Shown here piece after piece: positions 1-9,287 of a DNA stretch of 64,000 nucleotides (position 1 is the stretch's first letter; every line of letters starts with the position of its first letter). This stretch comes from an uncultured Actinomycetota bacterium. Its GTDB lineage: Bacteria > Actinomycetota > Actinomycetes > JAHEKZ01. Position numbers and translations under genes: made by a program. The DNA lies in the NCBI GenBank assembly GCA_963829525.1, contig CAWHIJ010000003.1, positions 928,001-992,000 on the forward strand, given 5' to 3'. The notes under the pieces are model-generated. The model was not told where the DNA came from. It saw only the letters and a program-made list of their open reading frames with translations, and searched no databases.

Positions 1-2
1 TG

Positions 3-470
3 ATCGCTGGTCGGGCGATGTCGGGGGCGTTGGAGGTGTTGCGGCCGTTGTTGGCTGCTACTGGTGCTGAGACGGTGGGCAAGTTCTTGATGGGCACGGT
101 CAAGGGTGATGTGCATGACATTGGGAAGAACTTGGTCAACATCATGTTGGAGGGTGCTGGGTTTGAGGTGATTGATCTGGGGGTGCAGGTGGCTCCGGAG
201 AAGTTCGTTGCCGCGATCGAGGAGCACAACCCCGACATTGTCGGGTTCAGTGCGTTCTTGACCACGACGATGCCGATGTTCAAGGCGAACATCAACGCGT
301 TGGAGAAGGCTGGGTTGCGGGACAAGGTGATCGTGATGGTGGGGGGTGCCCCGGTGACCCAGGAGTACGCCGACGCCGTCGGTGCTGACGGGTACGCCGC
401 TGACGCCTCCACCGCCGTCCGCCGCGCCAAAGAACTCCTCCAAAAGCGGCGCAGCATGGTCAACGCCTGA
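3..470 (+). CDS. Cobalamin-binding corrinoid protein (MtbC/MttC-like or stand-alone MetH B12 domain), 5'-truncated by the window edge
   Basis: GTVKGDVHDIGKNLV (DxHxxG B12 motif), SAFLTTT and VGGAP motifs; the frame is open to the window start (IAGRAM). Confidence 0.9.
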   Translation: MAGRAMSGALEVLRPLLAATGAETVGKFLMGTVKGDVHDIGKNLVNIMLEGAGFEVIDLGVQVAPEKFVAAIEEHNPDIVGFSAFLTTTMPMFKANINALEKAGLRDKVIVMVGGAPVTQEYADAVGADGYAADASTAVRRAKELLQKRRSMVNA

Positions 471-1387
471 TGACGCTGCAGTCACTGCTGGAGTCTGGAA
501 CGCGACCGGTCATTACCGCTGAGCTTCCATCGGTGGATGGCCAGGGGCTGGAGAAGGTACACCAACACCTTGAGTCAATCGCGCCATACGTCGACGCCAT
601 CAACGCCACCGACAATCCGGCGGCTCATGCCCACGCATCAAACGTGTCGATCGCCATCGCCATGCAGCAGGCCGGGGTCGAGCCCATCATGCAGGTGGTC
701 TGCCGCGACAAGAACCGCATCGCGATCCAAGCCGACATCGTCGGCGCCTCGATGTTCGGTGTCCGCAACATCTGTGCGCTGACCGGCGACGACGTCACGG
801 CAGGCGACGAGCCTGAGGCCAGGAGGGTCTTCGACCTGGACGGGCCGCAGGTCATCAGTGTCGCGACCGGTCTGTCCCAAGGCCACTACGTGTCAGGTCG
901 CAAGATCGAACCGGCGCCGGACCTCTTCGTTGGTGCGGTTGAGAACCCTTTCGCGCCGCCGATTCCGTACCGGATCGAGCGGGCCAAGATCAAGAGCGAC
1001 GCCGGTGCCCGGTTCCTCCAGCTGCAGATCGGCTACCAGCCCGAGCGCCTCGAGGCATTCGTCGCCGGCTGTGTCGAGAACGGCGTCACACAGAAGACGG
1101 GCCTGCTTCCGACGCTCGTGCTCGTCAAGCGCGCTGGTGCACTGCGATTCATGGATCGCGAGGTGCCTGGGATCAGCGTTCCCGCTGAGGTGATCGATCG
1201 CGTCGCCAACGCCGAAGATGAGGCTGAGGAGGCCTATCAGCACACGCTCGAGCAGGCGCGGCATGCGCTCTCCTTGCCGGGTGTCGCCGGGCTCCACCTC
1301 ACTGACTTCCGGCACGACGGCAGCCTCGGCCGGCTCGTAGCCGAGCTAGGTGTGCGCGACAGCGCTGCCCAGCAGGACCCCTCGTGA
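470..1387 (+). CDS. metF: Methylenetetrahydrofolate reductase family protein
   Basis: ITAE, NATDN, CRDKN, LTGDD, VFDLD motifs of the MTHFR TIM barrel; start overlaps the upstream stop. Confidence 0.8.
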   Translation: MTLQSLLESGTRPVITAELPSVDGQGLEKVHQHLESIAPYVDAINATDNPAAHAHASNVSIAIAMQQAGVEPIMQVVCRDKNRIAIQADIVGASMFGVRNICALTGDDVTAGDEPEARRVFDLDGPQVISVATGLSQGHYVSGRKIEPAPDLFVGAVENPFAPPIPYRIERAKIKSDAGARFLQLQIGYQPERLEAFVAGCVENGVTQKTGLLPTLVLVKRAGALRFMDREVPGISVPAEVIDRVANAEDEAEEAYQHTLEQARHALSLPGVAGLHLTDFRHDGSLGRLVAELGVRDSAAQQDPS

Positions 1388-3231
1388 CCGACGAGCAGGG
1401 CGCCCCGGAGCGGGTGCGTATCCGCTTCACCCCTTCTGACAAGGAGGTCCGAGTTCCGACCGGCGTACCAGTCTTTGACGCCGCCAGCTGGAACGGCATC
1501 GCCATTGACTCGACCTGCGGCGGGCATGGCACGTGCAAGAAGTGCAAGGTGCAGATCCTCGAGGGCAACATCCCGGTACAGAGCCTGGACCGACGCGCGT
1601 TCTCGCAGGATCAGCTCGACGAGGGCTGGCGTCTGGCGTGCGTGGCAAGGGCCGCCGGCGACCTGTTGGTTGACGTGCCACCGATGACGACGCGACCCAA
1701 GGCAGCGACCTTCGGGGTCGGCCGACAGGTGATTCTCCGCCCGGCAGTGCAGAAGCGCTTCGTCGAGCTCAGCGAGCCTTCGCTGCACGATCAGCGCACC
1801 GACTCGCAACGGGTCTTCGATGAGCTGGACGACCTCGAGCTCACCGTCGACCTCGAGGTCTACCGCACCCTCGGGAAGACGCTTCGGGAGTCTGACTACA
1901 AGGTGACGGCCGTCGTGGTCGACGACCGGCTGATTGCGGTTGAGCCTGGTGACACCACGTCGCGCTCTTTTGGGCTCGCCTTTGACCTGGGTACCACGAC
2001 GGTCGTGGCCAACCTGATGGACATCACCACGGGTACGCCAGCTGCCGTGACCTCGATGCTCAACAAGCAGCAACCTTATGGCGCAGACGTCATTGCCCGG
2101 ATCAGCGCGACGATGCTCGACGCCGATGCGCTCGGCCACCTTCAGCAGCTGGCCCACGAGACGCTCGACACGCTGTCCAAGGAGGCGTGCGCTGAGGCTG
2201 GCGTGGAAGCGAGCGAGATCTACGAGGTGGCGCTTGCCGGCAACGCGACGATGGTGCAGCTGGCGCTGGGTGTGGATCCGGAGCCACTCGGCGTCGCACC
2301 CTTCATCCTGGCCGCACGGCAGTTCGAGAACGTGATGGCGTCCGACCTGGGCTTGACGACCCACCCTCGGGCGCGAGCGACCGTGGTTCCGTCCCTCGGT
2401 GCCTACGTTGGCGGCGACATCATTGCGGGAGCGCTGGCCTCCGGCATGGACCGCGACAAGCGGCTCCGCCTCTTCATCGACATCGGCACCAACTGCGAGA
2501 TCGTGATCGCGGACGGCGAGCGCATTATGGCGACGGCGGCTCCCGCGGGCCCGGCGTTCGAGGCGGCGTCGATACGGTGCGGAATGCGCGCGGCCCCTGG
2601 AGCGATCGAGGTGGTCAAGGTCACCGACGACGCTCTTGAGCTCCAAGTGATCGGCGACGAACCAGCAGTCGGCGTCTGCGGCTCCGGGCTGGTGGACGCG
2701 GTGGCCGAGCTGGTTCGCGTCGGCGTCATCGACCCCTCCGGTCGGTTCGTCGACCGCGACACGGTGAGCGAGACACATCCGCACCTGGCCGAGCGGATGA
2801 CGCTGATCGGTGAAGAGAAGGTGTTCGTGCTTGCCGAGCCGGCGAGCCCCGACGGCGACCCGGTCGTCCTCAGCCAGCGAGACGTCCGCGAGCTGCAGTT
2901 CGCCAAGGCTGCCATCGCCACTGGATGGCACCTGCTCTTCGAGGACTTCGGTATCAAAGAGACCGATATCCAGCAGGTGCTGTTGGCCGGGTCGTTTGGC
3001 ACGTACCTGTCTGCGGCCAGCGCGGTCCGTATCGGCCTTGTCCCCAAGATCCCGGTTCTGCGCATTGTCAGTGCCGGCAATGTCGCGGGGGAGGGAGCCA
3101 AGATGGTCCTGCTCTCTGCTGCCGAACGCCACGGTGTGACGACCCTGCTGAGCGAGATTGAGTACGTCGAGCTCTCCGACCGCACCGACTTCCAGGATCG
3201 CTTCGTCGACCAGCTGGCCTTCCCGACGTGA
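1384..3231 (+). CDS. Corrinoid reductive activase (RACE; 2Fe-2S + ASKHA ATPase, DUF4445/RamA-RACo-like)
   Basis: N-terminal CGGHGTCKKC...RLAC ferredoxin; DLGTTT, DIGTN, GPAFE, CGSG, LAGSFG, GNVA ASKHA motifs. Confidence 0.9.
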   Translation: MTDEQGAPERVRIRFTPSDKEVRVPTGVPVFDAASWNGIAIDSTCGGHGTCKKCKVQILEGNIPVQSLDRRAFSQDQLDEGWRLACVARAAGDLLVDVPPMTTRPKAATFGVGRQVILRPAVQKRFVELSEPSLHDQRTDSQRVFDELDDLELTVDLEVYRTLGKTLRESDYKVTAVVVDDRLIAVEPGDTTSRSFGLAFDLGTTTVVANLMDITTGTPAAVTSMLNKQQPYGADVIARISATMLDADALGHLQQLAHETLDTLSKEACAEAGVEASEIYEVALAGNATMVQLALGVDPEPLGVAPFILAARQFENVMASDLGLTTHPRARATVVPSLGAYVGGDIIAGALASGMDRDKRLRLFIDIGTNCEIVIADGERIMATAAPAGPAFEAASIRCGMRAAPGAIEVVKVTDDALELQVIGDEPAVGVCGSGLVDAVAELVRVGVIDPSGRFVDRDTVSETHPHLAERMTLIGEEKVFVLAEPASPDGDPVVLSQRDVRELQFAKAAIATGWHLLFEDFGIKETDIQQVLLAGSFGTYLSAASAVRIGLVPKIPVLRIVSAGNVAGEGAKMVLLSAAERHGVTTLLSEIEYVELSDRTDFQDRFVDQLAFPT

Positions 3232-3851
3232 GGACCCCCGGTGCCACGATCGGGGTCATCGCGTGCGGGGCGCTCGCGACCGACATCGGTGAAATCGCGG
3301 CCCGGCGGCAGTGGGCGGTTGACGTGCACCCGCTCCCACCACTGCTGCACAACCAACCCAAACGGATCGCCCCGGAGGTCGAGCGGTCGTTTGCCGACGT
3401 CAGGGAGCGCTACGAGCGGGTCGTGGTTGCGTACGCCGACTGCGGAACGTACGGCGCACTGGACGAAGTCTGCGAGCGGTACGGCATCCCTCGGCTTGCG
3501 GGATCTGACTGCTACGACGTCTACGCCGGGGCAGAGCAGTACCGTGAGCTGCTCGAGCAGGAGCCGGGTACCTACCTGCTCACCGACTACCTGGCTGCCT
3601 CCTTTCAGCGCAGCGTCATCGTCGAGCTGGGGCTCGACAGATACCCCGACCTGCGCGACGACTACTTCCGGCACTACACGCGGGTGGTGTGGCTGACGCA
3701 GCGACGGACCCCGCTCTTGCAGAACGCTGCCGAGCAGGCGGCGACGTCCATCGGTTTGCCGCTTGAGGTCATCGACGTGGGCCTCATGGGTCTGGAGGCA
3801 GCCCTTGAACCGTTGGTGGCCAGTGCCGTCAGCCGTCAGACGCTCGAGTAG
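3228..3851 (+). CDS. DUF1638 domain protein
   Basis: IACGALA, LHNQP, YADCGT, DCY, GTYLLTD motifs; usual partner of RACE/corrinoid genes. Confidence 0.8.
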   Translation: MRTPGATIGVIACGALATDIGEIAARRQWAVDVHPLPPLLHNQPKRIAPEVERSFADVRERYERVVVAYADCGTYGALDEVCERYGIPRLAGSDCYDVYAGAEQYRELLEQEPGTYLLTDYLAASFQRSVIVELGLDRYPDLRDDYFRHYTRVVWLTQRRTPLLQNAAEQAATSIGLPLEVIDVGLMGLEAALEPLVASAVSRQTLE

Positions 3852-4690
3852 AGCGCGGAGACCGCGTCAGCTACAGCTTCCGGTGCGTCGACAGCTGGGG
3901 AGTGACCAACGTCCGGCAGCTCAACCAACCTCGCTCCGAGTCGTTCGGCCATTGCCCGCTGATCCTTCGGTGGCCATGCATCGTCTCTGTCGCCGACGAT
4001 GACGGCCGTGGGTGGTGCGACCGTCGCCAAGGCGTCCACCTGGTCGGTGATCTCGCACAGTGTCTCGATCATCGCTTGTAGAGATCCAGGCGAGTTTGAG
4101 AGGAACCGGCGTGTCAGGAAGGCCTCCATGTCAGGTGGCGGCGCAGCGGCACCTGCCGCCGCGTCCATCGCTCGCTTGCCCTGTAGTACAGCCTCGAGTC
4201 CATGGCCGTTCAGCACGTCTACGAACATGCGTAGCACGGCTTGCTGATTGCCAGGGAGCGCTGCCGGACCAGAGGCGATGATGGCCAAGCCATCGGCGGC
4301 GAGCGGGTCGGCCAGGATCGCATCCCGGACGACCAGACCGCCGAACGAGTGTCCGACCAGGACCAACGGCCGAGGCAGCGTTGCTGCCACCGCCCAGACA
4401 TCGGCGGCGAACCCGGCCAGCGAGTAGCTCGCTGCGTCTTCGGGGCCGGGAGTCTCATGCTGTCCGGTGAGATCGAAGGCCACGGCCCGCACCCGGCGCT
4501 CGGCCAGGGGCAGCAGCAGCGCGATGAAGTCCTCCTTGCTGCCGGTGAACCCGGGTACGAGCACGGCCGTCCCGATGGCCCCCTCCGTGAGGGCTGCTTC
4601 GTTGTCCAAGGCTGCGAAGGTTCCTCGTCCCGTGGCGATGGGGGAGGCGTCCACGCCGATAGGGAGCGCGATGAAGGGTGGGATGCTCAC
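3836..4690 (-). CDS. Alpha/beta hydrolase
   Basis: PGFTGSKEDF, GHSFGG nucleophile elbow, GHSP; GTG start inferred. Confidence 0.85.
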   Translation of the reverse strand: MSIPPFIALPIGVDASPIATGRGTFAALDNEAALTEGAIGTAVLVPGFTGSKEDFIALLLPLAERRVRAVAFDLTGQHETPGPEDAASYSLAGFAADVWAVAATLPRPLVLVGHSFGGLVVRDAILADPLAADGLAIIASGPAALPGNQQAVLRMFVDVLNGHGLEAVLQGKRAMDAAAGAAAPPPDMEAFLTRRFLSNSPGSLQAMIETLCEITDQVDALATVAPPTAVIVGDRDDAWPPKDQRAMAERLGARLVELPDVGHSPAVDAPEAVADAVSALYSSV

Positions 4691-4759
4691 GCCCGGCACA
4701 ATAGGCTGCCTGTAGACGGGTCGATCACCGACCCAAGCCTGCGCCGCGAAGGAGCCCCC

Positions 4760-5527
4760 GTGACACGGACGATCGCGGTGGCCAACCAAAAAGGTGGAGT
4801 CGCCAAGACCACCACCGTCGCGTCCGTTGGGATGGCACTCGCCGAGCTCGGGCAGCGGGTTCTTGTGGTCGATCTCGACCCTCAGGCCTGCCTGACCTTC
4901 TCGCTTGGGCTCGATCCAGAAGCCCTTGAGCTCTCGATTCACGATGTCTTCCTGGGCAGGGTCGGCGCGGCCATGGCGGTTCGTTCGGTCACCAAGAACC
5001 TCGATGTGCTGCCGAGCACGATCGACCTGACCGGTACCGAGATCGCGCTGCACGACCGCCCCGCGCGCGAGTACGTGCTTCGTACTGCGCTGGCTGACAT
5101 TTCCAGTGGCTATGACTTCGTGCTGATCGACTGCTCTCCATCACTCGGGGTGCTGACCATCAACGCGTTGACCGCGGCGGATGAGGTGCTGATCCCCCTG
5201 CAGTGCGAGACGCTCGCGCACCGCGGTGTCGGGCAGCTGCTTGACACGGTTGGCGACGTTCGGCGTCTGACCAACAGCGACCTTGTCGTGCTCGGTGTTC
5301 TGCCCACCCTCTTCGACGGACGCACCACGCACGCCCGCGCAGTTCTCGCTGATGTCTCAGATCGCTTCGGTGTCACCGTGCTCGACCCACCCATCAACAG
5401 ATCGATCCGCTTTGCAGAGGCGCCTGCGTCCGGGGAGTCGATCCTCACCACAGCGTCATCGAACCCGGGGGCTCAGGCTTATCGCGCGCATGCTCTCCAA
5501 CTGATGGGCGAAGAGGCCGCCGCATGA
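4760..5527 (+). CDS. ParA/Soj family ATPase (orphan, Rv3213c-like)
   Basis: NQKGGVAKTT deviant Walker A, DLDPQ, IDCSPSLG, FAEAP; GAAGGAG RBS before GTG 4760. Confidence 0.9.
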   Translation: MTRTIAVANQKGGVAKTTTVASVGMALAELGQRVLVVDLDPQACLTFSLGLDPEALELSIHDVFLGRVGAAMAVRSVTKNLDVLPSTIDLTGTEIALHDRPAREYVLRTALADISSGYDFVLIDCSPSLGVLTINALTAADEVLIPLQCETLAHRGVGQLLDTVGDVRRLTNSDLVVLGVLPTLFDGRTTHARAVLADVSDRFGVTVLDPPINRSIRFAEAPASGESILTTASSNPGAQAYRAHALQLMGEEAAA

Positions 5528-5853
5528 GCAAGTCCAAGGGCACCGACTTCAGCCGTATTCACCCGGCGCAGGCGCCCTCGAAGAGATCGGAGGTGTCGGC
5601 GCAGCACGACCAAGAGGGACGTCGCGCGCTCTTCAGCGCTGGCGATGCGCTGCCTGAGGAGGCCGCGAACGGCATGGTGACGATCAGCTGCGGGCACTGC
5701 GGTGAGGACTCCGAGTTGTCACCGACCGAGGCGCTGCGCCTGGCGGTGCCTTCCTTGCACCTGCCGTTCCTCAAGCGCGGGCACGGATCGTGGATGCGCT
5801 GTCCGGCTTGCCAGCGGCAAACCTGGGTAAGCGTGCAAATCCACTTGCCTTGA
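5524..5853 (+). CDS. Small hypothetical Zn-ribbon protein coupled to the ParA-like gene
   Basis: ATGA overlap with the ParA stop; CGHC and CPAC pairs. Confidence 0.7.
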   Translation: MSKSKGTDFSRIHPAQAPSKRSEVSAQHDQEGRRALFSAGDALPEEAANGMVTISCGHCGEDSELSPTEALRLAVPSLHLPFLKRGHGSWMRCPACQRQTWVSVQIHLP

Positions 5854-5907
5854 TGCATCCCACCACTGGCAACTTGAGACTTGAGTCAAGGTATGGCCCC
5901 AGTGAAG

Positions 5908-7449
5908 TCACGCCGTGTTGGTGGTGGAGCCTCCGCTACGCCGACGACGACGCCGCCGACGGGGCGCGTCTGAGCCGGCATCACTTGGGGCGGTGGTGGC
6001 GGCCGCGGGGGCGCTGCCGTTGTCACTGGCGCTGCCAGCAGAGGATCCGCCGCGGGTGCGCTGCCTGTTTCGGGGCTGGCCGCTCTTTTGGCTGCCCCCG
6101 CTGCCCTCGCGCGGCTTCGATCCGCCACGCGGACGCCCTGAGTCAGATCCTCGCGGTTGACGGCGGGCCTTTCCCGTCTCACCGAGGTCCTCGAGCTCCT
6201 CGGCTGCCAGGCCTTCACGGGTGCGCTGGGCCTTGGGCAGCTCGCCCTTGGTGCCCGGTGCGATGTCAAGATCGCTGAAGAGGTGCGGCGAGGTGGAGTA
6301 TGTCTCGACCGGGTCGTCGAACGGCAACCCGAGCGTCTTGTTGATCAGGATCCACCGCGGAAGGTCTTGCCAGTCGACCAGCGTGACGGCGACGCCGGTG
6401 GCTCCAGCGCGCGCTGTCCGGCCGATGCGGTGGACGTAGCTCTTCTCGTCGTCGGGGCAGTTGTAGTTGACGACGTGCGTGATGCCGTCGATGTCGATTC
6501 CGCGGGCTGCGACGTCGGTGGCGACCAGAACGTCGACCTTGCCGTTCCGGAATGCCCGCATCGCCTGCTCGCGGGCGCCCTGCCCGAGGTCGCCATGCAC
6601 CGACCCAACCGCGAACCCACGCGAGCTGAGGTCGTCGGCAAGCTTCTGTGCCTGACGTTTGGTGGGGCAGAAGATGATGGTGTGCCCGCGTCCCTCGGAC
6701 TGGAGGATGCGGGCGACGATTTCGGCCTTGTCGACGGGATGCGTGCGGTAGGCGTGCTGCTGCACACGCTTGACCAGCTGGCTGTTGTCCTCGTCTGGGT
6801 CGATCGCCCTGATGTGCGTCGGTTGGTTCATGTAGCGCCGTGCCAGAGCGATGACGTCGCCGGGCATGGTGGCCGAGAACAACATCGTCTGACGGTCACC
6901 GGGCGTCAACGCCACGATGCGCTCGACATCGGGAAGAAACCCCATGTCGAGCATCTCGTCGGCCTCGTCGAGGACGAGCGTCTTGATAGCGCCGAGGTGA
7001 AGGTGTCGCTTCTCGACGAGGTCGAGGAGGCGTCCTGGTGTGCCGACGACGACGTCGACTCCGGCTTCAAGGGCCTCGACCTGAGGTTCGTAGGAGCGTC
7101 CGCCATAAACGGTGAGTACGCGGGCACCGCGCGTCTTGCTGGCATGCCGGATCTCGCCCGCGACCTGCATCGCCAACTCGCGGGTGGGGACCACCACGAG
7201 CGCCTGCGGCGTTGCCGACGGCTCGTGGTCGGGGTGCACGGGGTCGTTGGGGGCTGCTAGGCGTTCCAGCAGCGGGAGCGCGAAGCCAAGCGTCTTCCCG
7301 GTGCCGGTTTTGGCCTGGCCAATGACGTCGTGACCGTCGAGCGCAACCGGGAGGGTGAGCTCTTGGATGGGAAACGCCTCAGAAATGCCCAGGTGAGCCA
7401 GATCGGCCACCGTTTCGGAACGGATGCCGAGGTCAGCAAATGTAGTCAG
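5908..7449 (-). CDS. DEAD-box RNA helicase (Rv3211-like)
   Basis: Q motif, AKTGTGKT, PTRELA, DEAD, SAT, HRIGRTAR; basic disordered tail; start approximate. Confidence 0.92.
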   Translation of the reverse strand: MTTFADLGIRSETVADLAHLGISEAFPIQELTLPVALDGHDVIGQAKTGTGKTLGFALPLLERLAAPNDPVHPDHEPSATPQALVVVPTRELAMQVAGEIRHASKTRGARVLTVYGGRSYEPQVEALEAGVDVVVGTPGRLLDLVEKRHLHLGAIKTLVLDEADEMLDMGFLPDVERIVALTPGDRQTMLFSATMPGDVIALARRYMNQPTHIRAIDPDEDNSQLVKRVQQHAYRTHPVDKAEIVARILQSEGRGHTIIFCPTKRQAQKLADDLSSRGFAVGSVHGDLGQGAREQAMRAFRNGKVDVLVATDVAARGIDIDGITHVVNYNCPDDEKSYVHRIGRTARAGATGVAVTLVDWQDLPRWILINKTLGLPFDDPVETYSTSPHLFSDLDIAPGTKGELPKAQRTREGLAAEELEDLGETGKARRQPRGSDSGRPRGGSKPREGSGGSQKSGQPRNRQRTRGGSSAGSASDNGSAPAAATTAPSDAGSDAPRRRRRRRRSGGSTTNTA

Positions 7450-7515
7450 TGGGTCCGCCTTGCCGGTCGATGACGGCTCCCAGCCTACCTCTCGCCGGCT
7501 CGCTACCCTTCGGCT

Positions 7516-8181
7516 ATGCCTGATGCCGCCTATGACGCTGCTGTGATCGACCTGCTGGGAGTCCTTGCCTACGGCGAGCTTTCGGCCTTCGAGAGGCTCT
7601 GCGCCGACGCCGCGCTTGCCCCTACGTTGGATGACAAGGCGGAGGTCGCTGCGATGGCTTGTGCCGAGTTCGGGCATTTTCAGCAGCTGCGCAGCAGACT
7701 CCTAGATCTCGGGGCGTCACCGGAGGAATCCATGCGCCCCTTCGTCACCCCGCTGGACACGTTCCACGCCTCAACAGCGCCGGCCGACTGGCTGGAGGGC
7801 CTCGTCAAGGCTTACGTCGGTGACGGGATCGCTGCCGACTTCTACCGCGAGATCTCCGTCCTTCTGGACGACCCGACACGAGAGCTGGTGCTCGAGGTAT
7901 TCGCTGACACAGGTCACTCCAACTTTGTCGTCAGCAAGGTGCGGACTGCGATTGAGGTCGACCCACGCGTTGCTGGTCGGTTGGCTCTTTGGGGTCGGCG
8001 CCTGATGGGGGAGGCGCTCAGCCAGGCGCAGCGGGTGGCCGCCGAACGCGACGCTCTAGCCGGCCTGCTCGCTGGCGCCGTCGGCGGGGGCGGGATGGAC
8101 CTTGTCGAACTCAGTCGGATGTTTACCCGAATCGCCGAGCAGCACAGCAAGCGGATGGCCGCTCTCGGCCTGGCGGCCTAG
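7516..8181 (+). CDS. Ferritin-like fold protein (MiaE-like, Rv3210c-like)
   Basis: LGVLAYGELSAFERL, EFGH, KAYVGDG, RLALWGRRLMGEA; conserved synteny. Confidence 0.85.
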   Translation: MPDAAYDAAVIDLLGVLAYGELSAFERLCADAALAPTLDDKAEVAAMACAEFGHFQQLRSRLLDLGASPEESMRPFVTPLDTFHASTAPADWLEGLVKAYVGDGIAADFYREISVLLDDPTRELVLEVFADTGHSNFVVSKVRTAIEVDPRVAGRLALWGRRLMGEALSQAQRVAAERDALAGLLAGAVGGGGMDLVELSRMFTRIAEQHSKRMAALGLAA

Positions 8182-8217
8182 CCCTGCCATTCAGGTCTGC
8201 ACTCGGCGAGCCTTGAG

Positions 8218-8445
8218 TTACATGGCTCCGAAGCCGACGCGACGCGCCTCCTGCTCGCCGATCTCGACGTAGGCCAACTTGTCGGCCGGCACCAGGACGC
8301 GGCGACCGCGCAAATCAGTGAGATCGAAGAGAGCAGCTGGGTCGGTCGCGCAGGTCTTGACCATGGACGAGACGTCGTCCGGTGTCAGCTCGGTCTCCAC
8401 GACCAGCTCTCGGGCTACGCCCTTCACACCGACCTTGACCTCCAT
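8218..8445 (-). CDS. DUF3107 domain protein
   Basis: MEVKVGV...RELVVE...LAYVEIG...RRVGF pattern. Confidence 0.85.
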   Translation of the reverse strand: MEVKVGVKGVARELVVETELTPDDVSSMVKTCATDPAALFDLTDLRGRRVLVPADKLAYVEIGEQEARRVGFGAM

Positions 8446-8496
8446 GCCGACCTCCACTCGCCTTGACTGCCACGAGCCTGTGCCCGCGGCGTCAGG

Positions 8497-9156
8497 TTAG
8501 TCGACGGACTCTCCGTCGGCGCGAGGGAACCCGCTGATGCCACGCCAAGCCAACGATGCGATGAGGCTTTCGGCACTTGCTCGTGGCAGTGCCCCGTCTT
8601 GGGTGAGCCACCATCGGGCGGCTACCTGCGCGCTACCGGTGAGCCCAGCGGCGAGCAGCATGGCGGCCTCGTGGTCAAACTGGGTGTCCTCAGCGATCAC
8701 CTCGGTCACGGCGAGGGTGCAGGCGTGCATGACGGCGTCCACTCGTTCGCGCACCGCAGGCTCACCGGTCAGGTCAGACTCGAAGACCAGTCGGAAGGTG
8801 CTGTCCGGATCAGACATGAAGGCGAAGTAGGCGCCGATGGTGGCGTTGACCCGCTCATGGTTGTCAGATGTCGAGGCCAGGGCGTCGCGAACGGCCAGCT
8901 CCAGCGCTTCAGAACCTGTGTCGAGCAGGGCCAGGTAGAGCTCGAGCTTTCCGGGGAAGTGCTGGTAGAGGACCGGCTTGCTGATGCCTGCGTGAGCGGC
9001 GATGGCGTCCATTGAGGCGGCGTGATAGCCCGAGACGACAAAGACCTGCCGGGCGGCGTCGAGCAACTGGCCGCGCCGCTCGGTCCGGCTCAACCGCCCA
9101 CGACCCGCTGGGGGGCCTTCGGAACTGCCGGTTTGGGCATCTTCCTCGTCGGCCAT
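8497..9156 (-). CDS. TetR/AcrR family regulator (Rv3208-like)
   Basis: GYHAASMDAIAAHAGISKPVLYQHFPGK HTH; AWRGISGFP tail. Confidence 0.9.
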   Translation of the reverse strand: MADEEDAQTGSSEGPPAGRGRLSRTERRGQLLDAARQVFVVSGYHAASMDAIAAHAGISKPVLYQHFPGKLELYLALLDTGSEALELAVRDALASTSDNHERVNATIGAYFAFMSDPDSTFRLVFESDLTGEPAVRERVDAVMHACTLAVTEVIAEDTQFDHEAAMLLAAGLTGSAQVAARWWLTQDGALPRASAESLIASLAWRGISGFPRADGESVD

Positions 9157-9287
9157 GCCGCTGGAGCCTACTCTCCAGTAACGGCAGTTGAGGTCCAGAT
9201 CACCCGTGCCGATGCAAGGATGGGGGGCGAGCGGCCCCGCGACTGACGCTGCCCACGGGTGGGCGGCCGACGGAAGGACTTTCTTAC

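Noticed and set aside
1237-3132. Long antisense ORFs (e.g. 1237-3132, most of 35429-37312, 48632-49837, 6157-7260)
   Set aside because: Shadow ORFs typical of high-GC DNA, opposite clearly identified genes and lacking motifs
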